Translations under genes and position numbers: made by a program
Part shown: one piece after another, positions 1 to 8,767 of the stretch
How positions within the stretch are numbered: position 1 is the first letter of the stretch
How the letters are laid out: every line of letters begins with the position of its first letter
The notes under the pieces: generated by a model
Told to the model about the DNA's origin: nothing
Databases searched by the model: none
What the model saw: the letters and a program-made list of their open reading frames with translations, nothing else
Assembly: GCA_964508895.1 (NCBI GenBank)
Contig: CAZDWF010000003.1
Span: 1-63,217 of the forward strand
Direction: 5' to 3'
Length of the DNA stretch: 63,217 nt
From: an uncultured Bacteroidales bacterium
GTDB taxonomy: Bacteria; Bacteroidota; Bacteroidia; Bacteroidales; B18-G4

Positions 1-101
1 GATTAAGATAGAAAGATCAAAATATTTCTTGGATTTTACCACAGTTCAATGTTAAGCTTCTTAAACAAAATATTACTGAGATACATTCCTTTTACGCAAA
101 T

Positions 102-395
102 ATGGATACCAGCACCTGCACTATCCCTTTTAGAATAGAAGAGCAATATCTAAATAATAAAGAAGGCATAGTTATCTATCCAAATCCAGCTTTTAATTAT
201 ATACATTTAAAAAACACTGAAGAAAGAAATATATATAGAATTTTCAATATTACAGGGCAGGAAGTCACTACAGGAAGGATAGGTTCAAACTCCTCCATAT
301 ACATTCAGAATCTTGAATGTGGTCTTTACATATTACAAATTAAAAGCAATAATTTGCTAGAGCATATTAAGTTTATTAAGCAGGATGGTAATTGA
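102..395 (+). CDS. Stand-alone T9SS type A C-terminal sorting domain ORF (possible remnant of a larger secreted protein)
   Basis: 97-aa ORF with typical Por/T9SS CTD pattern (IVIYPNPAFNYIHL ... GLYILQIKSNN). No signal peptide. Stops in all three frames within 1-101, so no upstream cargo domain. Confidence 0.4.
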   Translation: MDTSTCTIPFRIEEQYLNNKEGIVIYPNPAFNYIHLKNTEERNIYRIFNITGQEVTTGRIGSNSSIYIQNLECGLYILQIKSNNLLEHIKFIKQDGN

Positions 396-653
396 GTTCA
401 GACAAAGGAATATTGAAAGGGGTGTGGGTTGCAGCCTTCTGCAAAATATAAGATAAAGTCGTAGAAATATTTTGCTTTACTTGAGTGTAATCTGCATAAT
501 CTGGGAGAGCTCTTCAAATTTTATGCAAACAACTTGTGAATTTACATCCATTGCTATCGCCCTTGTGTTCTTCCATAAGCTGATAATTTTGAAATAAAGT
601 TTAGAAAAGAGGGGAACTTTTTACTGGTTTTGGTATTAAGTAGTAGAAAAGAT

Positions 654-681
654 GCAGGTCGCAAGGGGCAAGTCGCAAGGG
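654..681. repeat. Heptanucleotide tandem array, 4 units (GCAGGTC GCAAGGG GCAAGTC GCAAGGG)
   Basis: Read directly; strict 7-nt register; intergenic. Confidence 0.8.
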
Positions 682-818
682 AAGAAATCTGATATTTCGC
701 AGCTGAAACTCAGTGTCTATGTGGTTTTCTTAAGACTAAGCATAAAGTTGCACAAAGAATATTACAAAGGAACACCTGTAAAATAATAATATTAGTATAA
801 AAGTTTGCTCAGCGTGTT

Positions 819-860
819 CTTGCGACTTACTCCTTGCGTCTTGCGACTTGTGACTTGAAC
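819..860. repeat. Heptanucleotide tandem array, 6 units (CTTGCGA CTTACTC CTTGCGT CTTGCGA CTTGTGA CTTGAAC), inverted relative to 654-681
   Basis: Read directly; it is the reverse-complement flavour of the GCAAGTC family and ends 14 nt before the ATG at 875. Confidence 0.8.
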
Positions 861-874
861 CTAATAAAACATCA

Positions 875-1594
875 ATGAACCCCAAACAACTCATAAAAGA
901 CTATTTCACATTCTCCCGCCGGGAATTAAATGGCATAATCATCTTGCTTTCCATCCTCACTACCCTCATTATCTTCAACCGCATGATGCCACTAATTGCA
1001 AGCACAAATGACCCATCCATAGAATTTCATAATGAGATCCAGGTCTTCCTGCAAGAGCAGAAAAAGATCAAAGATTCCATTGCCTATGCTGACAGTTTGC
1101 GTAAAGCTAAATACTCTCAGAAATATAAATATTACAATGTCGCAAAGTCGAAAAGTCTCAATGAAACTATTAAAGGCAATAAACCAACATTATCTTCCGT
1201 AGCTTCAACGAAGGAGGTAGAACTCAACTCCGCGGACACTGCTTCCCTTATTTCCATTCATGGCATTGGCCCTGTCTTTGCCTCACGCATCCTCAAATAC
1301 CGAAAACTCCTTGGAGGATATTACAAAAAAGAACAACTTCTGGAAGTATATGGAATCGACAGTTTAGTATATATAAACATTGAGAAACAAATCACGCTTG
1401 ATACAAGCTTGATCAAAAAGATCAAAGTCAACACTGCGGAATTCAAGGAACTGCTAAAACATCCATATCTCAAATATGAAGATGTAAAAGCAATATTCAA
1501 ATTAAAAAAAGGAAAGAAGAAGATCTCACAGGAAAAACTAGATAAAGTTCAACTTACTAATGAAATGATACTGAAATATTTGGTTTTCGAATAA
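875..1594 (+). CDS. ComEA-like helix-hairpin-helix DNA-binding membrane protein
   Basis: N-terminal TM segment followed by two HhH modules (LISIHGIGPVFASRILKYR; VNTAEFKELLKHPYL). Confidence 0.65.
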   Translation: MNPKQLIKDYFTFSRRELNGIIILLSILTTLIIFNRMMPLIASTNDPSIEFHNEIQVFLQEQKKIKDSIAYADSLRKAKYSQKYKYYNVAKSKSLNETIKGNKPTLSSVASTKEVELNSADTASLISIHGIGPVFASRILKYRKLLGGYYKKEQLLEVYGIDSLVYINIEKQITLDTSLIKKIKVNTAEFKELLKHPYLKYEDVKAIFKLKKGKKKISQEKLDKVQLTNEMILKYLVFE

Positions 1595-1673
1595 AGTATC
1601 TGATAGATTTGTATTGATAAAATGTCCACGAATTCTACAAATTATCAAGATGATGACTCCTAGCTTGATTCTC

Positions 1674-1764
1674 TGGCATCCGGCATCCATCATCTGGCAT
1701 CCGGCATCTGGCATCCGGCATCTGGCATCCGGCATCTGGCATCCGATATCTTGTATCCTGCATC
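1674..1764. repeat. Heptanucleotide tandem array, 13 units, consensus YGGCATC (T/C alternation gives a 14-nt super-period)
   Basis: Read directly: TGGCATC CGGCATC CATCATC TGGCATC CGGCATC ... CGATATC TTGTATC CTGCATC. Intergenic, 80 nt after the ComEA-like stop. Confidence 0.9.
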
Positions 1765-1884
1765 TCAATTCATCCCATCCATAAATCCAGTATAAATTTT
1801 ATCATTATTTGATCGTATCTTTTATACACCTTTTCGCTTCTTTCCTGCAGAACTTAATCAAATATTAATGTAAGCAATAATGCC

Positions 1885-3921
1885 ATGAATATCAGATTTA
1901 TTGCTACAGCAGCTTTACTAACACTTATAAAATGCACCCTTGCCCAACAAAAACCTCCAGTAATAGAGGATGATTACGCCAATACCCAGGCAGGAATTCC
2001 TATTGCAGTGAATGTTCTGGAAAATGATTATGGAATGCATGGTCATAAGATAAAGATCTATCATGCCATTAACGGACAGGTTACACATAATGATAGCACT
2101 ATCTTCTATAACCCACCTATATCATTTTCAGGAGAAAAAATGATCAAATATATACTCATAGATGAAACTAATGGTTTATTTTCTGAACCAGGACAACTGT
2201 GGGTTAATGTCAGCAATCAAAATTCTCAATATATCAATGCCAATAATATAGATGCAAGAATAAACTCCAGTGGAGTTCATTTTTACATTCCTGATGGATC
2301 AGGGAACTCTCACTTTTATGTTCCCAAAAATACTATAAAGTCAACCTTTTTATCTTTAAGTTTATGGATTGGGGGTCTGGATTCTAATAATATTTTACAT
2401 TTTGCTGGTGATAAATACCAGAATTATGGCATGGATTTCTTTCCAGGACCAATCTCAGATATCTACGACTCTTCATACCAGAAGAAATGGAATAAAGTAT
2501 GGAAAATGAGTACATCAGACATAGAGTACCATAAAAACAATTGGTGGAAAGATGATTATACACCTACAACTACTATTGCGACATGGCCAACTCATAGTGA
2601 TTTGCACAAAAGATCCATAGATTTAATTGCACCCTTTGAAGATGTTAACTCCAATGGAATCTACGATCCAATGGAAGGGGATTATCCTGTTATAAAAGGT
2701 GATCAGGCCATTTTCTTTATTTTAAATGATGATAAGCAGAGTCATACTGGTTCCTATGGGAATAAACTTGGAGTTGAAGTGCATGGAATAGCTTATGCGT
2801 ATGATTGTCCTTGTGACTCATCATTACAAAACACTATTTTTTTTCATTATATAATTATAAATAAATCTAATATAACCTATGATAATACTTTTATCGGGTT
2901 TTTTGCAGATATGAATATTGGTTTCTTTATGGACGACTATATGCAAACCGATGTAAAAAGAAACAGTTTAATAGGGTATAATGGCAATAATATTGATGGA
3001 ATGGGTTATATAGGAAATGAATATTTAGAGCATCCACCGGCACAATCACTTACAATTTTAAAAGGGCCATTAAATGAAGCAGATGGTATTGATAACCCAG
3101 GATCAGACATTCTGGGGAATCCATTATGTGATCATAGTTATAACGGACAATATTTTGGTGATGGTATTATTGACAATGAATGCATGGGTATTTCATATTC
3201 ATCCATCTATACAACCATATCAGGCCCAATGTCTGATCCATATACAGCCTGGGATTATTATAGAAATATGCAGGGTAAGTGGAAAGATCATTCTGTTTTT
3301 CAATATGGTGGTGATGGCTACAACCTTTCTTCTAATGTTGGACCTGATTGCAGATATCTATATCCTGGAGCCAGTGACTCAGTAAATTATGGTACAAATG
3401 GACAATCACCTATTGGTGGTTATAACACGAATGGCTTTTTCTGGACTGAAGCCAGTGAAGATAATTACCCGGGTGATCGCAGAGGATCTGTTTCAATGGG
3501 ACCAATAAACTTTAAACCTGGAGATATTAAGGAAATTGATCTTGCACTGGTTTTTGGAATTGACTATCAGAGGACAGGAAATCTGGCAGCTCTTGATATC
3601 CTGGACGATAGAATTGATAAAATTATAGAAAATTTCCAAAAGGATTCCATATCCTGTGAACCGATATCTTTTAACAATGAAGTTAAAACTAAAAAAAACA
3701 ATATTAAAATCTGGTCAACTGAAAACACAGTCCATATTACAAATCCGGAAAATGCTAAAGGCAAGATTCGTATTTACAACCTTTATGGACAAAAAATACT
3801 GGAAACTAGACTTAATGGTAATATTAATCAGGTAATCAGTTTTGATAAGCCCACTGGACATTATATAGTAAAGATTACTGGAGAGGAGTTTGTGGTGAGT
3901 ACAATAGTTCGTAGTTCGTAG
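1885..3921 (+). CDS. Secreted T9SS cargo protein of unknown function
   Basis: Signal peptide; N-terminal cadherin/VCBS-like motif (PPVIEDDYANTQAGIPIAVNVLENDY); C-terminal T9SS type A sorting domain (IRIYNLYGQKILE ... GHYIVKITGEEF). Confidence 0.7.
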   Translation: MNIRFIATAALLTLIKCTLAQQKPPVIEDDYANTQAGIPIAVNVLENDYGMHGHKIKIYHAINGQVTHNDSTIFYNPPISFSGEKMIKYILIDETNGLFSEPGQLWVNVSNQNSQYINANNIDARINSSGVHFYIPDGSGNSHFYVPKNTIKSTFLSLSLWIGGLDSNNILHFAGDKYQNYGMDFFPGPISDIYDSSYQKKWNKVWKMSTSDIEYHKNNWWKDDYTPTTTIATWPTHSDLHKRSIDLIAPFEDVNSNGIYDPMEGDYPVIKGDQAIFFILNDDKQSHTGSYGNKLGVEVHGIAYAYDCPCDSSLQNTIFFHYIIINKSNITYDNTFIGFFADMNIGFFMDDYMQTDVKRNSLIGYNGNNIDGMGYIGNEYLEHPPAQSLTILKGPLNEADGIDNPGSDILGNPLCDHSYNGQYFGDGIIDNECMGISYSSIYTTISGPMSDPYTAWDYYRNMQGKWKDHSVFQYGGDGYNLSSNVGPDCRYLYPGASDSVNYGTNGQSPIGGYNTNGFFWTEASEDNYPGDRRGSVSMGPINFKPGDIKEIDLALVFGIDYQRTGNLAALDILDDRIDKIIENFQKDSISCEPISFNNEVKTKKNNIKIWSTENTVHITNPENAKGKIRIYNLYGQKILETRLNGNINQVISFDKPTGHYIVKITGEEFVVSTIVRSS

Positions 3922-4001
3922 TTGGTAGTTAGTAGTTAGTAGTTAGTAGTTGGTAGTTAGTAGTTAGTAGTTAGTAGTTAGTAGTTGGTAGTTTGTAGAT
4001 A
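3904..4001. repeat. Heptanucleotide tandem array, 14 units, consensus GTAGTTR
   Basis: Read directly. The array starts inside the last codons of the 1885-3921 CDS and contains its TAG stop (3919-3921). Confidence 0.9.
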
Positions 4002-4043
4002 CTGGTTTATAGTAATGTTTTAATACACATTCCTAACTCTGAA

Positions 4044-4739
4044 TCACCTCATCACCTCATCATTTCTATTCCAATACGCATCTTCATCATCTATATCACC
4101 CTCACCAGCCTCTTCTTCCAGCTCCCATGAGTATTTCTTCCTCTGTGGCCCTGTATTCCTGAAATAAAAAGCCATTGAAACTCCTGCGACCATACCCAGC
4201 AAATGTGATTCCCATGAAATATTTTTTTCAGGATAAAAATCCGGAACTATTCCCCAGATAATACCACCATATAAAAAAGTGACCAACAATGTGATAGCTA
4301 ATAACTGTGGGTTTTTCCTCAGGATGCCACTTACAAATAAAAATGCAGCAAGTCCGTAGATCAAACCACTGGCTCCAATATGATATGATTCACGTCCTGC
4401 TATCCATACCCATATTGTGGAAAAAAGGTAGATCAAAAAAAAGATTTTAAAGGCTATTTTTCGATAGAAATAAAATAAAGTTGTCATCAAAACAAGTATA
4501 GGTGCAGAATTGGCATAAAGATGTTCAAAATCACCATGGATCAAAGGAGAAAATATAATTCCAGGTAATCCATATAAGGCTCTTGGGTATACACCAAGAA
4601 ATGCAAAAGACTCCCCTGTTCCCAACTCAGCAAACTTCACCAACCAGAGGATCAACACAAAGATCAAAGGAAATATTAAGCTTTGCAGTAAAAGTTTTTT
4701 ATCAGTAGCCAATTTATTCATGAAGCTTTCGTTTATCAA
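4044..4739 (-). CDS. Rhomboid family intramembrane serine protease
   Basis: Polytopic membrane protein with catalytic Ser motif GASGLIYGL and downstream His motif SHLLGMVAG; acidic C-terminal tail. Confidence 0.8.
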   Translation of the reverse strand: MINESFMNKLATDKKLLLQSLIFPLIFVLILWLVKFAELGTGESFAFLGVYPRALYGLPGIIFSPLIHGDFEHLYANSAPILVLMTTLFYFYRKIAFKIFFLIYLFSTIWVWIAGRESYHIGASGLIYGLAAFLFVSGILRKNPQLLAITLLVTFLYGGIIWGIVPDFYPEKNISWESHLLGMVAGVSMAFYFRNTGPQRKKYSWELEEEAGEGDIDDEDAYWNRNDEVMR

Positions 4740-4903
4740 TTATTGTTCCAGGGCTAATATACTGACAAAAAAGCAACTTCTTCGTAATGCGTGACACATA
4801 ACGCTTAACAGGGAAGAAAACTAATCGCCATTAATTAATATTTATCTCAGTTTTGGCAAGCAAATTATTTTTATCTTGTTAAAGTCTCAAAATTTGGTGC
4901 ATT

Positions 4904-7276
4904 ATGATTATAAGACGATCATGGATCTTAATATTTATTCTCATGTTTACATTATTTACCCGGGCAGATAATGAATCTGAAATGGTGAAATACTCTATTA
5001 ACGGGCATATTACTGATAGTAAAAATGGTGAAGACCTAATTGGCGCAACTGTTTATGTTAAGGAACTTGGCACCGGGGCTGTTACAAATGCTTATGGTTT
5101 TTATGCCATGAACCTTGCTCCCGGAACCTATAACCTTGTATTCTCTTATATAGGTTATACTTCGCAGGAAAAGACCGTTGATCTTAAAAAAGATGTTACA
5201 CTAAATATTGAACTTGATCCCGGACAGCAAATGCTCAATGAAGTTCAGGTTGTGGCAGAACGCAAAGGCGAGATGATCAAAAAACCAGAAATGAGTGTAG
5301 TCAAACTGGAAGCAAAAACAATTAAAAAGATCCCTTCCTTTTTTGGTGAGGTTGATGTTATCAAAGCACTTCAGTTGCTCCCGGGAGTTCAGTTTACTTC
5401 TGAAGGCAGTATTGGTTTCAGTGTGAGAGGTGGCAGCCCTGACCAGAACCTGATCTTACTTGATGAAGCAACAGTATACAATGCCGGACATCTTCTGGGA
5501 TTCTTTTCCGTTTTCAATAACGATGCTATCAAAGACGTTCAACTATACAAAGGGGATATTCCTGCAAGATATGGCGGAAGATTATCATCTGTGCTGGATG
5601 TTAGAATGAAAGACGGTAATGTTAAAAAACTTTCAGTAACAGGTGGTATAGGACTTATCGCCAGCAGGCTTACTATTGAAAGTCCAATAATTAAAGATAA
5701 AACATCATTTATTCTTTCAGGAAGAAGAACGTATTTCGATCTGTTCTTACCCATTTTCGGAAAGGATCAGATTAAAGATAATAAGCTCTACTTCTATGAT
5801 TTTAATGGAAAAATAAATCATAAAATAGATGAGAACAATCGCATTTACCTTTCAGGATATCTGGGAAGAGATGTATTTAAAAATCAGTTTGCTCAGATGA
5901 AGTTTGGTAACCAGACAGCAAGCCTGAGATGGAATCACCTGTTCTCAAAAAGAGTATTTAGTAATTTCACTCTTATCTATAGCAAATACTTATATTCACT
6001 GGGTACTTCAAAAGATGATGAGGAAACCTCCTTTACATGGAATTCTGACCTGAGGGATATTGGGTTCCGATCTGACCTAACCTCTTATATTGATACAAAA
6101 AATACTATACGTTTCGGATTTCATACTACCTACCACATGTTTGAACCAGGTATTGCCGAGGGTGGAGAGAACTCACTATTCAATGAATACAAACTACCCG
6201 AACAGCATGCTTTGGAATCTTCTGTTTATCTGAGCAATGAGCAAAAGTTAGGATCAAGGTTCATTCTAAAATACGGATTACGTTATACTTTGTTTAATAA
6301 TATAGGACCAACTGAAGTATATTATTTTGATAATGACTATAATTTCAGCCATACTGTAGATTATGATAAAAGAGAGGTTTATAACACTTATCATGGGCTG
6401 GAACCACGACTTGGATTTAACTACATCCTGAATAACATTTCTTCAATTAAAGCAAGCTATTCTAAAACAAATCAGTTCATTCAACTGGCTCAGAATTCAG
6501 CGGCAGGAACTCCTCTTGATGTTTGGTTTCCTGCAAGTCCTAATGTAAAACCACAGGTATGTAATCAGTTTGCATTAGGGTATTTTAGAAATTTCCTGGG
6601 GAACGGACTGGAAACATCTCTGGAAGTATATTATAAAAAAATGCAAAACACTATTGATTTTAAGGATCATGCAGAACTTTTGCTCAACAAAGAAATTGAA
6701 GGAGAACTGAGATTTGGAAAATCATGGTCTTATGGTGCCGAATTAATGCTGAGGCTTGTCGATATGCCATTATGGAAAGGAATGATCAGCGGGTGGGTGA
6801 GTTATACTTACTCCAGAACATGGAGAGAAATCGAAGATATCAATAATGGCAATAAGTATCCTGCACCCTTTGATAAACCGCATGATGTATCTGTTGTTCT
6901 GAATTATGATATTACAAAAAGACTTACTGTTTCAGCAAACTGGATATATCTTACAGGAAGGCCTGTTACAGTTCCCACAGGAAGGGCTTATATAGAAGGG
7001 AATGTACTGCCTATATATTCCGACAGAAACGATTTCCGGTACAAGGATTACCACAGAATGGATCTCTCCGTAACCTGGAGAAGTAAAGATAAAGGACAAG
7101 GATTCAAATACGACTGGAACCTTTCCATATATAATGTTTACAACAGACATAATACATGGTCGCTGAATTTTCAGCAGGATACAGAAGGTAACAATCCTGA
7201 TGCATACAAAACAAAAGTTACCAATGTTTACCTGGTAGGTATTGTGCCATCCATAACTTTCAACTTTAAGTTTTAG
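4904..7276 (+). CDS. TonB-dependent receptor with N-terminal CarboxypepD_reg-like domain
   Basis: Signal peptide; CarboxypepD_reg-like segment (ITDSKNGEDLIGATVYV ... GYTSQEKTV); plug region; long barrel ending in an aromatic residue (FNFKF). Confidence 0.85.
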   Translation: MIIRRSWILIFILMFTLFTRADNESEMVKYSINGHITDSKNGEDLIGATVYVKELGTGAVTNAYGFYAMNLAPGTYNLVFSYIGYTSQEKTVDLKKDVTLNIELDPGQQMLNEVQVVAERKGEMIKKPEMSVVKLEAKTIKKIPSFFGEVDVIKALQLLPGVQFTSEGSIGFSVRGGSPDQNLILLDEATVYNAGHLLGFFSVFNNDAIKDVQLYKGDIPARYGGRLSSVLDVRMKDGNVKKLSVTGGIGLIASRLTIESPIIKDKTSFILSGRRTYFDLFLPIFGKDQIKDNKLYFYDFNGKINHKIDENNRIYLSGYLGRDVFKNQFAQMKFGNQTASLRWNHLFSKRVFSNFTLIYSKYLYSLGTSKDDEETSFTWNSDLRDIGFRSDLTSYIDTKNTIRFGFHTTYHMFEPGIAEGGENSLFNEYKLPEQHALESSVYLSNEQKLGSRFILKYGLRYTLFNNIGPTEVYYFDNDYNFSHTVDYDKREVYNTYHGLEPRLGFNYILNNISSIKASYSKTNQFIQLAQNSAAGTPLDVWFPASPNVKPQVCNQFALGYFRNFLGNGLETSLEVYYKKMQNTIDFKDHAELLLNKEIEGELRFGKSWSYGAELMLRLVDMPLWKGMISGWVSYTYSRTWREIEDINNGNKYPAPFDKPHDVSVVLNYDITKRLTVSANWIYLTGRPVTVPTGRAYIEGNVLPIYSDRNDFRYKDYHRMDLSVTWRSKDKGQGFKYDWNLSIYNVYNRHNTWSLNFQQDTEGNNPDAYKTKVTNVYLVGIVPSITFNFKF

Positions 7277-7287
7277 GAGGAAAGAAA

Positions 7288-8178
7288 ATGAAAAAGACAA
7301 ATATATATTATCTTATAGCAATTATCCTCGGAGGACTCATTTTTCAATCCTGCGAAGAAGATATAGAAATTGTTCTGAACACTGAAGATCAAAGAAGATT
7401 GGTTCTTTATGGTTATCTGACAACGGATACAATGAAACATGAGCTGAATCTTACATACACAGCAGATTATTTCTTCAATCAACCTCCAGAAGCTGTTAAT
7501 AACTCTATAATAAAAATTATTGAATATAAGGATGCAGGATTACAAAACCCAACAGGAAGAGTGATAGAATATGAGGAAGCACCTGAAAAAGACGGGACAT
7601 ATATCACCAAAAATATCACATATTCTATTGAGGCGAAATACTATAAGCTTATAGCTGAAGTGACAGCCCCCGACATTCAAGGCACATATGAAGCAGTCTC
7701 TTATTGTCCGCCAATTAATCGTTCTGATGATTTTTATATTGAACTTGAATATCATGATGAATGGGGAAAAGATGGATATTTTGAAGTTAAGTGTTGGTAT
7801 CAGGATTTACCGACACAAGATTGGTATTTATTTAACATTTATAAAAATGGTGTATTAATAACAGATACATTGGATTCAAAACAAGTATCAGATGATTCTT
7901 TTTATAATGGCAGCAATACAAATGGAGCCGGTGTAGGCTTTCTTGATCAATCCAAAAAAAGTGAACAGCTACATCCCGGAGACACAATTCTTTTCCAGGC
8001 AGGAAGTGTTACCGAAGAATACGCAATGTTCATCTGGGAAGCACAGGAAGAGATATTTTTTGGCTCTCCACTTTTTGACGGACCACCTGCAAATATATCA
8101 AGTAATATCAGCAATGGAGCTTTTGGTTTCTTTACATCCTTCTCTACAGCCTACGCAAAAACTATCTATATACCATAA
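7288..8178 (+). CDS. DUF4249-like lipoprotein partner of the TonB-dependent receptor
   Basis: Lipoprotein signal (LIFQSC). Starts 12 nt after the receptor stop. Size and position match DUF4249 partners; family call is from memory only. Confidence 0.5.
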   Translation: MKKTNIYYLIAIILGGLIFQSCEEDIEIVLNTEDQRRLVLYGYLTTDTMKHELNLTYTADYFFNQPPEAVNNSIIKIIEYKDAGLQNPTGRVIEYEEAPEKDGTYITKNITYSIEAKYYKLIAEVTAPDIQGTYEAVSYCPPINRSDDFYIELEYHDEWGKDGYFEVKCWYQDLPTQDWYLFNIYKNGVLITDTLDSKQVSDDSFYNGSNTNGAGVGFLDQSKKSEQLHPGDTILFQAGSVTEEYAMFIWEAQEEIFFGSPLFDGPPANISSNISNGAFGFFTSFSTAYAKTIYIP

Positions 8179-8276
8179 CTTGACATGATATAAAATATTT
8201 TGTATATTGGCATAACAAATCTAAGGGCCCATCGTTCTTTAAAATATGGGAATTAAAAACAAATTCAACCAATCTT

Positions 8277-8465
8277 ATGTTAGAATACACTAAGACAATT
8301 CTCCGCAAGGTGAGTTTCGACAGGTATTTGTTCTCAAAGGAACTCAGGAAGTCATTCAAATGGCTCAAAAAAGAAGAAGTCCTCACATTATATGCCTGGT
8401 GCATGTTGACTTTTGGGGATATATACGGAGACCTTATTAAAGACACATTTAAAGCATTTATGTAA
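8277..8465 (+). CDS. Small hypothetical protein (62 aa)
   Basis: ORF followed within 10 nt by an intrinsic terminator; no family recognised with certainty. Confidence 0.4.
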   Translation: MLEYTKTILRKVSFDRYLFSKELRKSFKWLKKEEVLTLYAWCMLTFGDIYGDLIKDTFKAFM

Positions 8466-8473
8466 AACCATAC

Positions 8474-8500
8474 ACCGCTCGAAAGGGTGGTGTTTTTTTT
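8474..8500 (+). terminator. Rho-independent terminator
   Basis: 7-bp stem (ACCGCTC / GGGTGGT, two G-U pairs) with a GAAA loop, followed by an 8-T run. Confidence 0.6.
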
Positions 8501-8705
8501 ATTCCAATGGAATAAAAAAAATTGCAGAATCCAAAGTGCAGAAGAGCAAACTAATAAGTATTTTAGATTGTAAAAGAGAAAGAATGACAGAATTTAGCAG
8601 TAATCGCAAAAAAGCACAAAAAATTTCTATTCACTGTTCACTGTTCACAATAATAAATTATTAGCAAAAATTATTTAGATTTGAGGATTGTTCTACCAAG
8701 TTTTC

Positions 8706-8713
8706 TAAATTTG
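8706..8713 (+). promoter_or_regulatory. Bacteroidota -7 promoter box TAAATTTG upstream of purB
   Basis: Matches TAnnTTTG. A TTTG at 8680-8683 lies 22 nt upstream as a possible -33 element. Located 55 nt before the purB ATG. Confidence 0.4.
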
Positions 8714-8767
8714 GCATATGATTGCATTTAATGAATTTTCTGCATAGCAGATTAACAAGAAAGAATT

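Noticed and set aside
1538-1768. 76-aa minus-strand ORF with repetitive peptide (CQMPDARCRMPDAGCQMMDAGCQ).
   Set aside because: It is simply the translation of the YGGCATC heptamer array, which lacks stop triplets. It has no start context or non-repeat domain, and it partly overlaps the 3' end of the ComEA-like gene.
4020-4060. 8-nt periodic repeat TCACCTCA TCACCTCA at the rhomboid gene 3' end.
   Set aside because: Only two units, a different period from the heptamer family, and mostly within coding sequence (encodes DEVMR and the stop). Probably coincidence.
4740-4903. Possible cobalamin or other riboswitch upstream of the TonB-dependent receptor (contains AGGGAA).
   Set aside because: The region is short (about 160 nt) and lacks the B12 box and the other conserved cores I know. 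The single hexamer is not evidence.
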